A stretch of DNA of 64,000 bases from an uncultured Treponemataceae bacterium (lineage in GTDB: Bacteria; Spirochaetota; Spirochaetia; Treponematales; Treponemataceae), in the NCBI GenBank assembly GCA_964369735.1, contig CAYJFX010000001.1, positions 346-64,345 of the forward strand, given 5' to 3'. The notes under the pieces are model-generated. The model searched no databases. It was not told the origin of the DNA and saw only the letters and a program-made list of their open reading frames with translations. This document shows, piece after piece, positions 28,537 to 37,460 of the stretch; the stretch's first letter is position 1, and each line of letters begins with the position of its first letter. Position numbers and translations under genes: made by a program.

Positions 28537-29634
28537 TTACTCCTGTGTTATTTCCTCTATCCGTGATACAACCTGTCTTGCAAAGCGCAGGTGAGGCTTT
28601 TCAGTGTTTGCATATAATCGATGCTCTCTATATTCTTCTGCACTATCAAATTTACCAAGGTAAGCATCAAAAGGATTTAACAGGGCAAGATCTGCAATAT
28701 TTTCACCATAATAGTCGTTAAGTTTTGGGTCATCAGTCGAAGAAAAAACATCTCGAACAAAGCCTGGATATTTTTGTTGAGCGCTTAAGGCAATTCTCCT
28801 ATTTTCTCCTTCTGCAATTATAAGTACAGAGGTGTATTTTTGCCCGGCAATACTAAGAAGCGTTTCAAGCTCAAGGTCTTTATTGCTTAAAAAGGCTTCT
28901 TTTTGTTTTTCTTGCAATGTTGGTAGAAAATGCAAAACATATGGAGTGATTACTGGGTTAACTCTAACCTTTGAGTCTAATGAAGTCCCTGTTTTAGGTG
29001 CATCTGGAGCATAAAAATCACCCGCCAAAACGGGTACACCCAATTCTGCAATAGTACTTAGGCGTAGTGCAGAGTCAGAAGAAGTAACCCCTATTGGGCT
29101 TAAATATACTACAACTATATCACTTTCGTTTATGTTTATTGCTTCTGGACTTTCGCTATTTGAAAGAGAATATTCTGTTATTATAATATTGGTTTTATCA
29201 ATGATACTATCTTTTTCCACAAAGCCCCTGCTAAAAGAACCTGTGTATAAATCTCTTTTTTGGATATCTGTATTATATGAAACAGGCTTAAAAATCAAAA
29301 AAAAGACAATACAGATTAAGACACAAGAGGCCTCTATATATGATACAACACAAAAAAGTGTATTATGCCTGTCAGAATATAAACCTTGAGAAAGCCGATA
29401 AATTGATGCTATATTAGTAATTAAAACAAAAAGTGTAATAGCCTGACTTATCAATAAAAAAACACTTAGCCCAAAAATGAGAATAAGGAGTATGTTTAAA
29501 CAAAATGAAATTATTGCAAGAATGGACACCGTTTCTAAGTTTCGAGACTTTTTCAATAAAGGTCGTAACGTTACACATAATACGAGCGCCAATACAACAA
29601 GTTGACCAACAAGGGGGTTACTAAAAAAAAGCAT
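28537..29634 (-). CDS. Membrane protein, unknown function
   Basis: 365-aa ORF with 3-4 N-terminal TM helices and a soluble C-terminal domain. It lies 4 nt upstream of the Nif3 gene. Confidence 0.6.
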   Translation of the reverse strand: MLFFSNPLVGQLVVLALVLCVTLRPLLKKSRNLETVSILAIISFCLNILLILIFGLSVFLLISQAITLFVLITNIASIYRLSQGLYSDRHNTLFCVVSYIEASCVLICIVFFLIFKPVSYNTDIQKRDLYTGSFSRGFVEKDSIIDKTNIIITEYSLSNSESPEAININESDIVVVYLSPIGVTSSDSALRLSTIAELGVPVLAGDFYAPDAPKTGTSLDSKVRVNPVITPYVLHFLPTLQEKQKEAFLSNKDLELETLLSIAGQKYTSVLIIAEGENRRIALSAQQKYPGFVRDVFSSTDDPKLNDYYGENIADLALLNPFDAYLGKFDSAEEYREHRLYANTEKPHLRFARQVVSRIEEITQE

Positions 29635-29753
29635 AGTATATAATAATAAAAATACACAAATAAAACAACAGCCTTTTTATGTTTATTTCTAAATAGTACC
29701 AAAAATTAATATTAGGGTTTTTTCTTTTTACACCTTTACTTTTTTCTTATTTG

Positions 29754-29762
29754 TGCTATAAT
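29754..29762 (+). promoter_or_regulatory. Extended -10 element (TGCTATAAT) 7 nt upstream of the HDOD gene ATG
   Basis: TGnTATAAT match. No Shine-Dalgarno sequence lies between it and the ATG at 29770. Confidence 0.45.
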
Positions 29763-29769
29763 ATTAGAT

Positions 29770-31266
29770 ATGGCAGACTCAAGACTAGACACATCGAAAA
29801 TTCAAAAAGCGGTACAAGCTGGGATTCCGCTTTCTATTATGACTCATACACTTCCTCATGAAATGGAACTGTACATGGCAGAGGTTCTTGTTGCTTTTTT
29901 AAAAGAGCTTAACCAAGAGGCAATGTCAGAATATTTGATTTACTGTTTAAATGAGCTTACAACGAATGCAAAAAAAGCAAACACAAAGCGTGTTTACTTT
30001 AAAGAAAAGGGGTTAGATATAAACAATCTTGCCGATTATGATGCAGGAATGAAGAATTTTAAGACAGATACCCTTGATAATATTAAACATTATTTAAAAA
30101 TGCAACAAGAGCAAGGATACTACATTAAGCTCATTTTCCAACATAAAGCAGGAAAAATAAAAATAGAAATTCGAAATAACACACCTTTAACAATATTTGA
30201 ATACAAACGTGTACATGATAAAATTGCGCGTGCACAACGGTACTCTTCTGTTGATGACGCGTTTTCACAAATTTTGGACGACTCTGAGGGTGCAGGCCTT
30301 GGAATTATTATCATGATTCTTATGTTAAAAAAACTTGGCCTAACAGGTGATAGCTTTCAGGTTTTTTCAGAGAACAATGAAACAGTCTCTCGAATAATAC
30401 TTCCTCTCATGGGAGATGCACAAGAGAAAATTTCTTTGCTTTCATCTGATTTGGTACAAATGATTGACAAATTACCTCAGTTTCCAGAAAATATTCTTCA
30501 TATAAATAGCATGCTCAATGACCCTGATTTTAAACTATCAGATATAGCAAGAAGCATAAGTAGCGATGTTTCTCTTACTGCGGACCTTTTGAAACTTGTA
30601 AACTCTGCAGCGTTTTCATTATCTTCTCCATGTAGAAACATCCCTGATGCTGTCAAATTGGTAGGAACACGGGGAATTAAAAATTTGCTTTACTCTGTTG
30701 GGTCAATGAAATCTGTGGGAACGGTAACGGCTGAACAAAAGAAATTATGGCAACATAGTCATAGGGTTGCTTTTTATTCATATAATTTAAGCCGAAACTT
30801 TTTTTCAAAACAAAGGGATGTAATTGAAGATTCATATGTTTGTGGTCTATTGCATGATATGGGGAAAGGTGTTTTCTATTCGGCACAACCTCACTTCATG
30901 ACGAAGCTAAAAAATCTCAGCGAAGAAAAAACTATTGAACCTCATATGTTTGAAAAGCTACTTTCTGGGCAAAACCATGCTGAAATAGGCGCGTTAATTG
31001 CTGAAAAATGGAATTTTCCACCTGTAATTATAGAGACACTTCGTTTCCATCATGACCCTGACATTGCGAAACCTCTTTCAGCTGTTGTTTATTTTGCAAA
31101 CATGCTTGAAAACTATCAACATGGAGATATTGAGTACTATCAATTTGAAACAGATATTTTGGAATTATTTAAAATTACAAGTGAAGAGCAATTAGTACAA
31201 CTATCAGAAAAGCTTAAAGCTGCTTTTGAGGATGAGCAAGGAGATGGTGCGTCCATGCTTGTATAA
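29770..31266 (+). CDS. HDOD-domain signalling protein with an N-terminal GHKL-ATPase-like module
   Basis: N-box-like ELTTNAKKAN and G1-like DDSEGAGLG in the N-terminal half. HD-type motif GLLHDMGK and FHHDP in the C-terminal half. Confidence 0.75.
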   Translation: MADSRLDTSKIQKAVQAGIPLSIMTHTLPHEMELYMAEVLVAFLKELNQEAMSEYLIYCLNELTTNAKKANTKRVYFKEKGLDINNLADYDAGMKNFKTDTLDNIKHYLKMQQEQGYYIKLIFQHKAGKIKIEIRNNTPLTIFEYKRVHDKIARAQRYSSVDDAFSQILDDSEGAGLGIIIMILMLKKLGLTGDSFQVFSENNETVSRIILPLMGDAQEKISLLSSDLVQMIDKLPQFPENILHINSMLNDPDFKLSDIARSISSDVSLTADLLKLVNSAAFSLSSPCRNIPDAVKLVGTRGIKNLLYSVGSMKSVGTVTAEQKKLWQHSHRVAFYSYNLSRNFFSKQRDVIEDSYVCGLLHDMGKGVFYSAQPHFMTKLKNLSEEKTIEPHMFEKLLSGQNHAEIGALIAEKWNFPPVIIETLRFHHDPDIAKPLSAVVYFANMLENYQHGDIEYYQFETDILELFKITSEEQLVQLSEKLKAAFEDEQGDGASMLV

Positions 31267-32053
31267 GGATGCCAAAGGCAACTCCAACATTTAGAGAAGC
31301 CTTTATACCTGAAAGGGGAATAGAAACACATCCATATTCGGCTTTTTTTAATGCATCGGGACTTATTCCAAGTTCTTCAGAGCCAATAATAACAATTCCC
31401 GTCTGTGGAAATTCAAACTCATTTATTGGACATCCTCCCGTCTCGAGTGCAAAAATAGGAATATCTTTAGGAAGCTCGTCCAAAGACAAGCGCTTAGTTT
31501 CAATATACTTGGAGCATCCCATCGCAGAGCGCTGAGCCCTTTGATGATTTTCATCCGTACAAAAAGGCGACAACAGAACGCCTTCTAACCCAAAAGCCTC
31601 TGCACTTCTATATACAGATCCCAAATTAAATGGAGAGCGAATGTCTTCAGCATAAACAAATGTGTTTGGAAAAAAAGACCGTACCTCTGATGGGCTTGAA
31701 TGAGGAGCAACAACCAAATCCCACTCTGCAGGAAAAATTCCTATTATGTCTAACAGGCGATTTTTTGCATAATTGCATGTTCGCCTTTCATTAAAAGGTC
31801 TTTCATTTAAAAGTGCTTGTAATTCTTTTTTTGCATCTCCGGGCAGTTTGGGATCTTCAAGAACAAGATAGGCAAGCTTTTTTGTGTATTCTTCGCGCGA
31901 CATTGAAGCAAACTTTTTTAATGAATTTGCACCAATATTGTTATAATCACAATCTATTCCTGCTAAGTCACGCTCAAGCGCACCAAAACAAAGTGCAATT
32001 TTTCGCCGTTTAAGGCCAGGTTTTAATTGGAAAAGTTTTTCAGGATCAATCAT
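31214..32053 (-). CDS. SpoU/TrmH-family RNA 2'-O-methyltransferase
   Basis: SPOUT knot motifs IVIIGSEELGIS and IPLSGIKASLNVGVAFGILI. Confidence 0.8.
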   Translation of the reverse strand: MIDPEKLFQLKPGLKRRKIALCFGALERDLAGIDCDYNNIGANSLKKFASMSREEYTKKLAYLVLEDPKLPGDAKKELQALLNERPFNERRTCNYAKNRLLDIIGIFPAEWDLVVAPHSSPSEVRSFFPNTFVYAEDIRSPFNLGSVYRSAEAFGLEGVLLSPFCTDENHQRAQRSAMGCSKYIETKRLSLDELPKDIPIFALETGGCPINEFEFPQTGIVIIGSEELGISPDALKKAEYGCVSIPLSGIKASLNVGVAFGILIQAWTHHLLAHPQKQL

Positions 32054-32058
32054 GTTTA

Positions 32059-33207
32059 CTAGAATGCATTTTTTATTATTTCAAAAACATCATCCGCACA
32101 CATAGAGCGAGAAAAAGAATACATACCAGATAATTGTTCTGTGTTTTCTGCAACAAGTGCTAATTGCTCCATTGAAATAGAAAGATCTTTCAGCCTAGCA
32201 GGCAAATTGGTTACTGCAATCTTATTTCTGATTGCTTCAGACAAACTAGCAATAGCTTCCTCATCTGAAACTTCAGGGCTCATGCTATTTAATAGGCGTG
32301 CGATTTTGGCAACTTTATCTGTTTTATATTTTGAAACCTCTTCAACTATATGAGGGAGCAAAATAGCAGATGTTAATGAGCGCGAAATTTTTTGGCGTGC
32401 ATTAATGGTGAGACTTATTCCCGAACCCACTCCAATAGAGCTTGAAGCAGCTGCAAGGGAAATCATACTGGAAGCTTGTAATGCTAAAACTTCGCGAGAG
32501 GACATAGATGCTTCGTTTTGGTTTTCATTTAATACAGACCCTAATAAATCGAGAGCTTTTTCTATTAAACTATCTGAGAAAAAATTTGCTCTTTGTGATG
32601 TGTAAGCTTCAATTGCAATACACAAAGAGTGTAAAATCATCGACATTCGCTGACTTTCTGTAAATGAAACGGTCAGAGTTGGGTCAAAAACAGCAAGTCG
32701 ACATAGGCCTGCTTGCATTTTTAGCATTTTTACCTGCCGGCTTCGACCGTCAATAATAGGTGTTTTATCTGCGAAAATAAAAGGATCGCATAATGTCGTT
32801 GGAACACATATTACAGGTAGAGCTCCTGAGGTAGGAGCCATTCCTTCAATAAAATCATATATATCGTGCAATTCATGAAAAAGTGCAGCAGCGCTTCTAG
32901 CTACATTACTTATTTTTGTTCCCCCTACTGCAATAATCCCATGCACATGGGCTTCTCTACCAAGTGTAAACACTTGTTGTACTACATTCGCATCTGGGGC
33001 TGGCGGGATTTCGTCATAAACAAAAAAATCTATGCTTCGTTCTTGTAAAGCAGAGGTAATTTTTTCTGTAATTCCAAACTCTGTAAGAACAGGGTCGATT
33101 AATAGCATAAATCGTGTGCCCCACTCTTTTGCAAACTGCCCCAATCTACTGGAAGCATATGAGCCTAAAACAATGTTTGGAGACAGTTTAAAAACAAAAT
33201 CTGACAT
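32059..33207 (-). CDS. Iron-containing (group III) alcohol dehydrogenase family protein
   Basis: The 382-aa length, the GIIAVGGTK glycine motif and the overall Fe-ADH layout. Confidence 0.75.
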   Translation of the reverse strand: MSDFVFKLSPNIVLGSYASSRLGQFAKEWGTRFMLLIDPVLTEFGITEKITSALQERSIDFFVYDEIPPAPDANVVQQVFTLGREAHVHGIIAVGGTKISNVARSAAALFHELHDIYDFIEGMAPTSGALPVICVPTTLCDPFIFADKTPIIDGRSRQVKMLKMQAGLCRLAVFDPTLTVSFTESQRMSMILHSLCIAIEAYTSQRANFFSDSLIEKALDLLGSVLNENQNEASMSSREVLALQASSMISLAAASSSIGVGSGISLTINARQKISRSLTSAILLPHIVEEVSKYKTDKVAKIARLLNSMSPEVSDEEAIASLSEAIRNKIAVTNLPARLKDLSISMEQLALVAENTEQLSGMYSFSRSMCADDVFEIIKNAF

Positions 33208-33216
33208 AGTTTTTCT

Positions 33217-33504
33217 CTATAAGCCGAAGCTTTCCATTACCTTATCTGCAGCGGAAGAAATTACATCAGCATTCAAATATGCAGGATCTTGTATTTTTTC
33301 TTTTACTTGAGCAACACGATCCATTCGTACATCAGGTGTTCCTGCTGCGATTTCAGACAAATACATGTCTTCTGCCATAGCTCGTGCTTCACTAGAAATT
33401 TCTATACTATCATGGCCTGCAGGTAGTCTCTCGTTTACCGCATTTCTTTGAGTTTTTTGTACGTCTTTTAGAGGATCCAATCTCCCCAACTTGTCAATAA
33501 TCAT
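33217..33504 (-). CDS. flgM: Anti-sigma-28 factor
   Basis: 95 aa with the FlgM C-terminal signature DSIEISSEA...RMDRVAQVKEKIQDPAYLNADVISSAADKVM. Confidence 0.8.
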   Translation of the reverse strand: MIIDKLGRLDPLKDVQKTQRNAVNERLPAGHDSIEISSEARAMAEDMYLSEIAAGTPDVRMDRVAQVKEKIQDPAYLNADVISSAADKVMESFGL

Positions 33505-34253
33505 ACTTTTCTTCGCCTCTCTTTCTTTGGCATTTCATTTCTAAGTTTGAGTTTTTTTACGCCTGCAACAAAAACTGCAAATTCCCCAAGAATTTTTGTT
33601 CTGTTTGCAAACTCATTATAAACTTCTGCAGCCGTCCCCTCTACAACTTCTTCGTGCATTTTAGTAAGTTCTCGACCAACTAAAACACGTCTGTCACTAT
33701 CAATATCGGCAATTTCTGCCAAAAGTTTAACTATTCTGAAGGGAGATTCATAAAAAACAATCGCGTTTCCTGTTTCTAAAAGATCCTCAACCCGGCTCCT
33801 TCTTTTTCCAGGCTTCACAGGTAAAAAGCCTTCAAATACGATTGTTTTTCCACCTTCTCCCGCAATACTTACAAGAGCCGCAAAGGCACACGCTCCTGGA
33901 ATTGGCACAACAGTGTGGCCAGCTGCTCTCACTCGGCTAACTAAAATCGCACCAGGATCGCTTATTCCTGGAGTTCCTGCATCACTCGCAAAAGCAATAT
34001 TTTTACCCTCATCAAGGGCTGCAATTATTTTTTCTGAAACCTTCTCTTCATTCTGTGCTCGGCACGAAATCAAGGGCTTTCGAATGTTAAAGTGCGTTAA
34101 AAGCTGTAACGTTCGCCGAGTATCTTCTGCTGCAATACAGTCAACAGATTCAAAAATCTCAATTGCCCGATACGTAATATCTTTTAAATTTCCTATTGGT
34201 GTTGCAACTACATATAACTCTGCCACAATATAATTATACCCCTTTTTTTCCAT
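33501..34253 (-). CDS. rsmI: 16S rRNA (cytidine1402-2'-O)-methyltransferase
   Basis: LYVVATPIGNLKDITYRAIEI..AAEDTR and SDAGTPGISDPG motifs. Confidence 0.9.
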   Translation of the reverse strand: MEKKGYNYIVAELYVVATPIGNLKDITYRAIEIFESVDCIAAEDTRRTLQLLTHFNIRKPLISCRAQNEEKVSEKIIAALDEGKNIAFASDAGTPGISDPGAILVSRVRAAGHTVVPIPGACAFAALVSIAGEGGKTIVFEGFLPVKPGKRRSRVEDLLETGNAIVFYESPFRIVKLLAEIADIDSDRRVLVGRELTKMHEEVVEGTAAEVYNEFANRTKILGEFAVFVAGVKKLKLRNEMPKKERRRKV

Positions 34254-34454
34254 ATTAACAAGCGTTTGCTTAATAAATTGAAGATATTCTTGCCCAAACC
34301 GATAAAATATTTCCTTTTATTGCAAAAAAATGAAAATATTTTTAAAAAATTATTCCATTTTTTAAAAAAGCATGATATACTGTAAATGAAGTATTTTTGA
34401 AAAATAATATACTCTGAAAACAAGGCATGTGCGTTACAAAAAGAAGGAGTACCG

Positions 34455-35885
34455 GTGAGTAAGCGCGATTTCCCGAAAATACATTTTTATGATCAAGACT
34501 TTGTAGATATATACGATAAAACATGGGCTTGGGTTCAAGATTTTTGGAAGGATGGAAAAAAAGAAGAAACCTCCTTAGAGGGTTGTTTTGTATACCCATA
34601 TGAATCTAATTATATTGTGGACCAGCTTGAAACTATTTTTTCTTCTTTTTTTCTTGTGTATTCGAACAGAAATTTTCCCGCTCATCAGAACCTAGACTTC
34701 TTATACGCTCGGCAAGAAAAAAATGGTGCTATTCGCTGGAAATATGAGCTATCAAAAAAAGCCCCTGTTATGGACAGCACAAACCCAGAGGGAATAGGGC
34801 TTCCGCTTTTTGCTTGGGCTGAATTTAATCTATACCATAAAACGGCAAACAAAAAGCGCATAAAAGAAGTTATGCCGATATTACAAAAATACTCAACATG
34901 GATAGAAACAACTTTTAAAAAAGATAATAATTTATACTCTGTTCCAGTTGAAGCAAGTACTATGTTTAATTCTCCTCGTGACAAAACGGTTTATCCAATA
35001 GATTTTAATGCAACAATGGCTATAAATGCCTTATATATGGCGGCACTTGGAGATATAATTAATGATAAAGATTTAAACTTCCAGTATAAAAAACTATATT
35101 TTTCTTTAAAAACGCACATAAATGCTCAAATGTGGGACAATGAAACAGGCTTTTATTACGACCTCGATGCAAGTGGAAAAAAATTAATGCATAAAACGGT
35201 AGCAAATTTTTGGCCACTTTTAGCAGAAATACCAAATGAAGATAAAGCCGAAAAGCTTATTTCGTATTTATCAGACCCGAATTTTTTTGGAACTGACCAT
35301 CCCTTCCCCTCTCTATCTGTAGATCATAAAAAATTTAGTAAAGATGGAGAAGGATACAGAGGTAGTGTTTTTCCTGCATTTAACTTTATGATTATTAAAG
35401 GATTGGAAAAATATCAGCGGTATGATTTAGCAAGAGAGGCTTCTATTCGCCATCTTTATCATATGCTCGATGCATTATTTCCTGAGGGCTCAAACAAAAA
35501 AGGAGACCTTTGGGAAGCTTACCTTCCATTACAAGATGGTTATGCTAAAATGGCAAACAGCGAAACATTCCCTAAAAAAAGACATATCATTTTTGCAGGT
35601 TTATCCACAATAGCAATTATGATAGAAAACATAATTGGCCTTAACATCAGCCTCCCTCGTAAAACAGTAGACTGGACCATTCCAAATTTAGAAATGATGG
35701 GAATAGAAAACCTTTCTCTTACAAGAAATTTAATTACTATTCTTTCAAACAAAAGTTCTCGCGGATGGGAAATACAGATGGAAAGTGAAAAGCTTTATTA
35801 TTTTACTATTAACATCTTGGGTGAAAAGAAAAAGACACTCCCCATTCCTTCAGGAAAGTGCTCTATGCTTATTGATAAGCTATAA
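34455..35885 (+). CDS. (alpha/alpha)6-barrel glycoside hydrolase, GH63/MGH1/trehalase-like
   Basis: GTG start with AAGGAG 6 nt upstream. Family-like blocks include GFYYDLD, FWPLLAEIP and DLWEAY. Confidence 0.7.
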   Translation: MSKRDFPKIHFYDQDFVDIYDKTWAWVQDFWKDGKKEETSLEGCFVYPYESNYIVDQLETIFSSFFLVYSNRNFPAHQNLDFLYARQEKNGAIRWKYELSKKAPVMDSTNPEGIGLPLFAWAEFNLYHKTANKKRIKEVMPILQKYSTWIETTFKKDNNLYSVPVEASTMFNSPRDKTVYPIDFNATMAINALYMAALGDIINDKDLNFQYKKLYFSLKTHINAQMWDNETGFYYDLDASGKKLMHKTVANFWPLLAEIPNEDKAEKLISYLSDPNFFGTDHPFPSLSVDHKKFSKDGEGYRGSVFPAFNFMIIKGLEKYQRYDLAREASIRHLYHMLDALFPEGSNKKGDLWEAYLPLQDGYAKMANSETFPKKRHIIFAGLSTIAIMIENIIGLNISLPRKTVDWTIPNLEMMGIENLSLTRNLITILSNKSSRGWEIQMESEKLYYFTINILGEKKKTLPIPSGKCSMLIDKL

Positions 35886-35923
35886 TAGCCTTTCTTTAAA
35901 CGCTTTCGCTTTTAGGTTATAGT

Positions 35924-37450
35924 ATGAAAACAATTGAAGCTGTTATTGAATTAGGGTCAACAGGCGCTCGCCTAATGGTTTGCGAAGTAGATTCTGATGG
36001 GACATGGGAAATTATTGACAAATCAGAACAACCTCTCTCTTTAGGCTGGGACGTTTTTACGACTGGAGTTGTTAGCCGAGAAAGCTTATTGCAATGTTTA
36101 GAAATATTTGAAAGCTTTAGAGAGCAATTGGATGGGTGGAAAATAAAGCCTTTTCAAGTGAGATCTTTTGCAACAAGTGCTCTTCGTGAAGCTCAAAACA
36201 GAGATACATTTTTAGATCGAATTCTTGTAAAAACAGGGTTCCCTATAAAAGTTATTGACGGTATTGAAGAAAGCCGTCTAATGTACCTAGCAGTCTTGGA
36301 TGTTTTACGACAAGATATTCCCCGAAGACAGAACAAGAATTCGGTTATTCTTGAAATAGGTGGTGGATCAACAGAAATGATGCTATTACAACGGGACAAA
36401 ATTGTTACCGTGCATAGCTTGCGGCTAGGAACTGTTCTTATTGACCAGTACATAAAATCTATGGCTGGATCACAGAATGATACAAAACGTTACCTTGAAG
36501 ACTTTATAAAAAACACGGGTATTAACTTACACCTGGGAGCTCGACTTCAAAAAATTCACCAGTTTCTTACAATTGGAACAGAAGCTCAAATTATTGCAAA
36601 CCAAATAGGAAAATCTATCGGCTCTAGAACATGGTCAATCCCAAGAAAAGTTTTTTTAGCCTTTGCTGATGAAATAGAACAACTTTCACTTGAAGAAGTA
36701 GCTGCAAAATTTCAAATTGCATACAATCTTGTAAAATCTCTTCCCGTTGCGTTATTGATATATAAGTTGTTTTTAGAATTTACAATGGCGGAAGAATTTA
36801 TAGTTTTAGATACTACCATTCGTGAAGGTCTCATTTCTAGCAAGTTTTCTAACACCGCTTTTTTAGAAGAAAATTTTTTTACTCAAACACTAGCCTCTGC
36901 ATTAAACATAGGGAGAAAATTCAAGTTTGACGAAGCTCATGCGCAATATGTACGAAAAATGGCTCTAAAAATATATGATGCAATGCGATCTGAGCTAGGG
37001 TTTCAAAGTGATGACAGATTTTTACTTGAGGTTGCCTCTCTTTTACATGATGTAGGAACCTTTATTGGAGAAGCAAACCACGAAGTCCACAGCCACTACA
37101 TTATTTCACATTCAAACATATTTGGATTAGAAAAAGGAGCCTTAAACATAATAGCTCTTATAGCCCGCTACCACAGAGGTTCTGTTACGGTTCCTTTGGA
37201 AAAAGACTTTACCTCGCTGCCAAGAAAAGACCGTATGAAGGTTTTAAAACTTTCTGCAATACTCAGAATAGCAGATGCTCTTGACAGAGGACACTCCCAA
37301 CATATTCCAAATGTTTCTGTATATTTAAAAGAAAACATGCTTGTGTTAGAAATAAAAGAAATTAGAGACGTAAATTTAGAGAAGCAATCAGTTGCCAAAA
37401 AAAGTGATTTGTTTGAGTCGGCTTTTGGGTATACTGTGCTCATAACATAG
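35924..37450 (+). CDS. ppx: Exopolyphosphatase / GppA-family phosphatase with an HD domain
   Basis: ASKHA-fold N-terminus (IELGSTGARLMV, EIGGGSTE) and C-terminal HD motif LLHDVG. Confidence 0.88.
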   Translation: MKTIEAVIELGSTGARLMVCEVDSDGTWEIIDKSEQPLSLGWDVFTTGVVSRESLLQCLEIFESFREQLDGWKIKPFQVRSFATSALREAQNRDTFLDRILVKTGFPIKVIDGIEESRLMYLAVLDVLRQDIPRRQNKNSVILEIGGGSTEMMLLQRDKIVTVHSLRLGTVLIDQYIKSMAGSQNDTKRYLEDFIKNTGINLHLGARLQKIHQFLTIGTEAQIIANQIGKSIGSRTWSIPRKVFLAFADEIEQLSLEEVAAKFQIAYNLVKSLPVALLIYKLFLEFTMAEEFIVLDTTIREGLISSKFSNTAFLEENFFTQTLASALNIGRKFKFDEAHAQYVRKMALKIYDAMRSELGFQSDDRFLLEVASLLHDVGTFIGEANHEVHSHYIISHSNIFGLEKGALNIIALIARYHRGSVTVPLEKDFTSLPRKDRMKVLKLSAILRIADALDRGHSQHIPNVSVYLKENMLVLEIKEIRDVNLEKQSVAKKSDLFESAFGYTVLIT

Positions 37451-37460
37451 AAGGGGCTAC

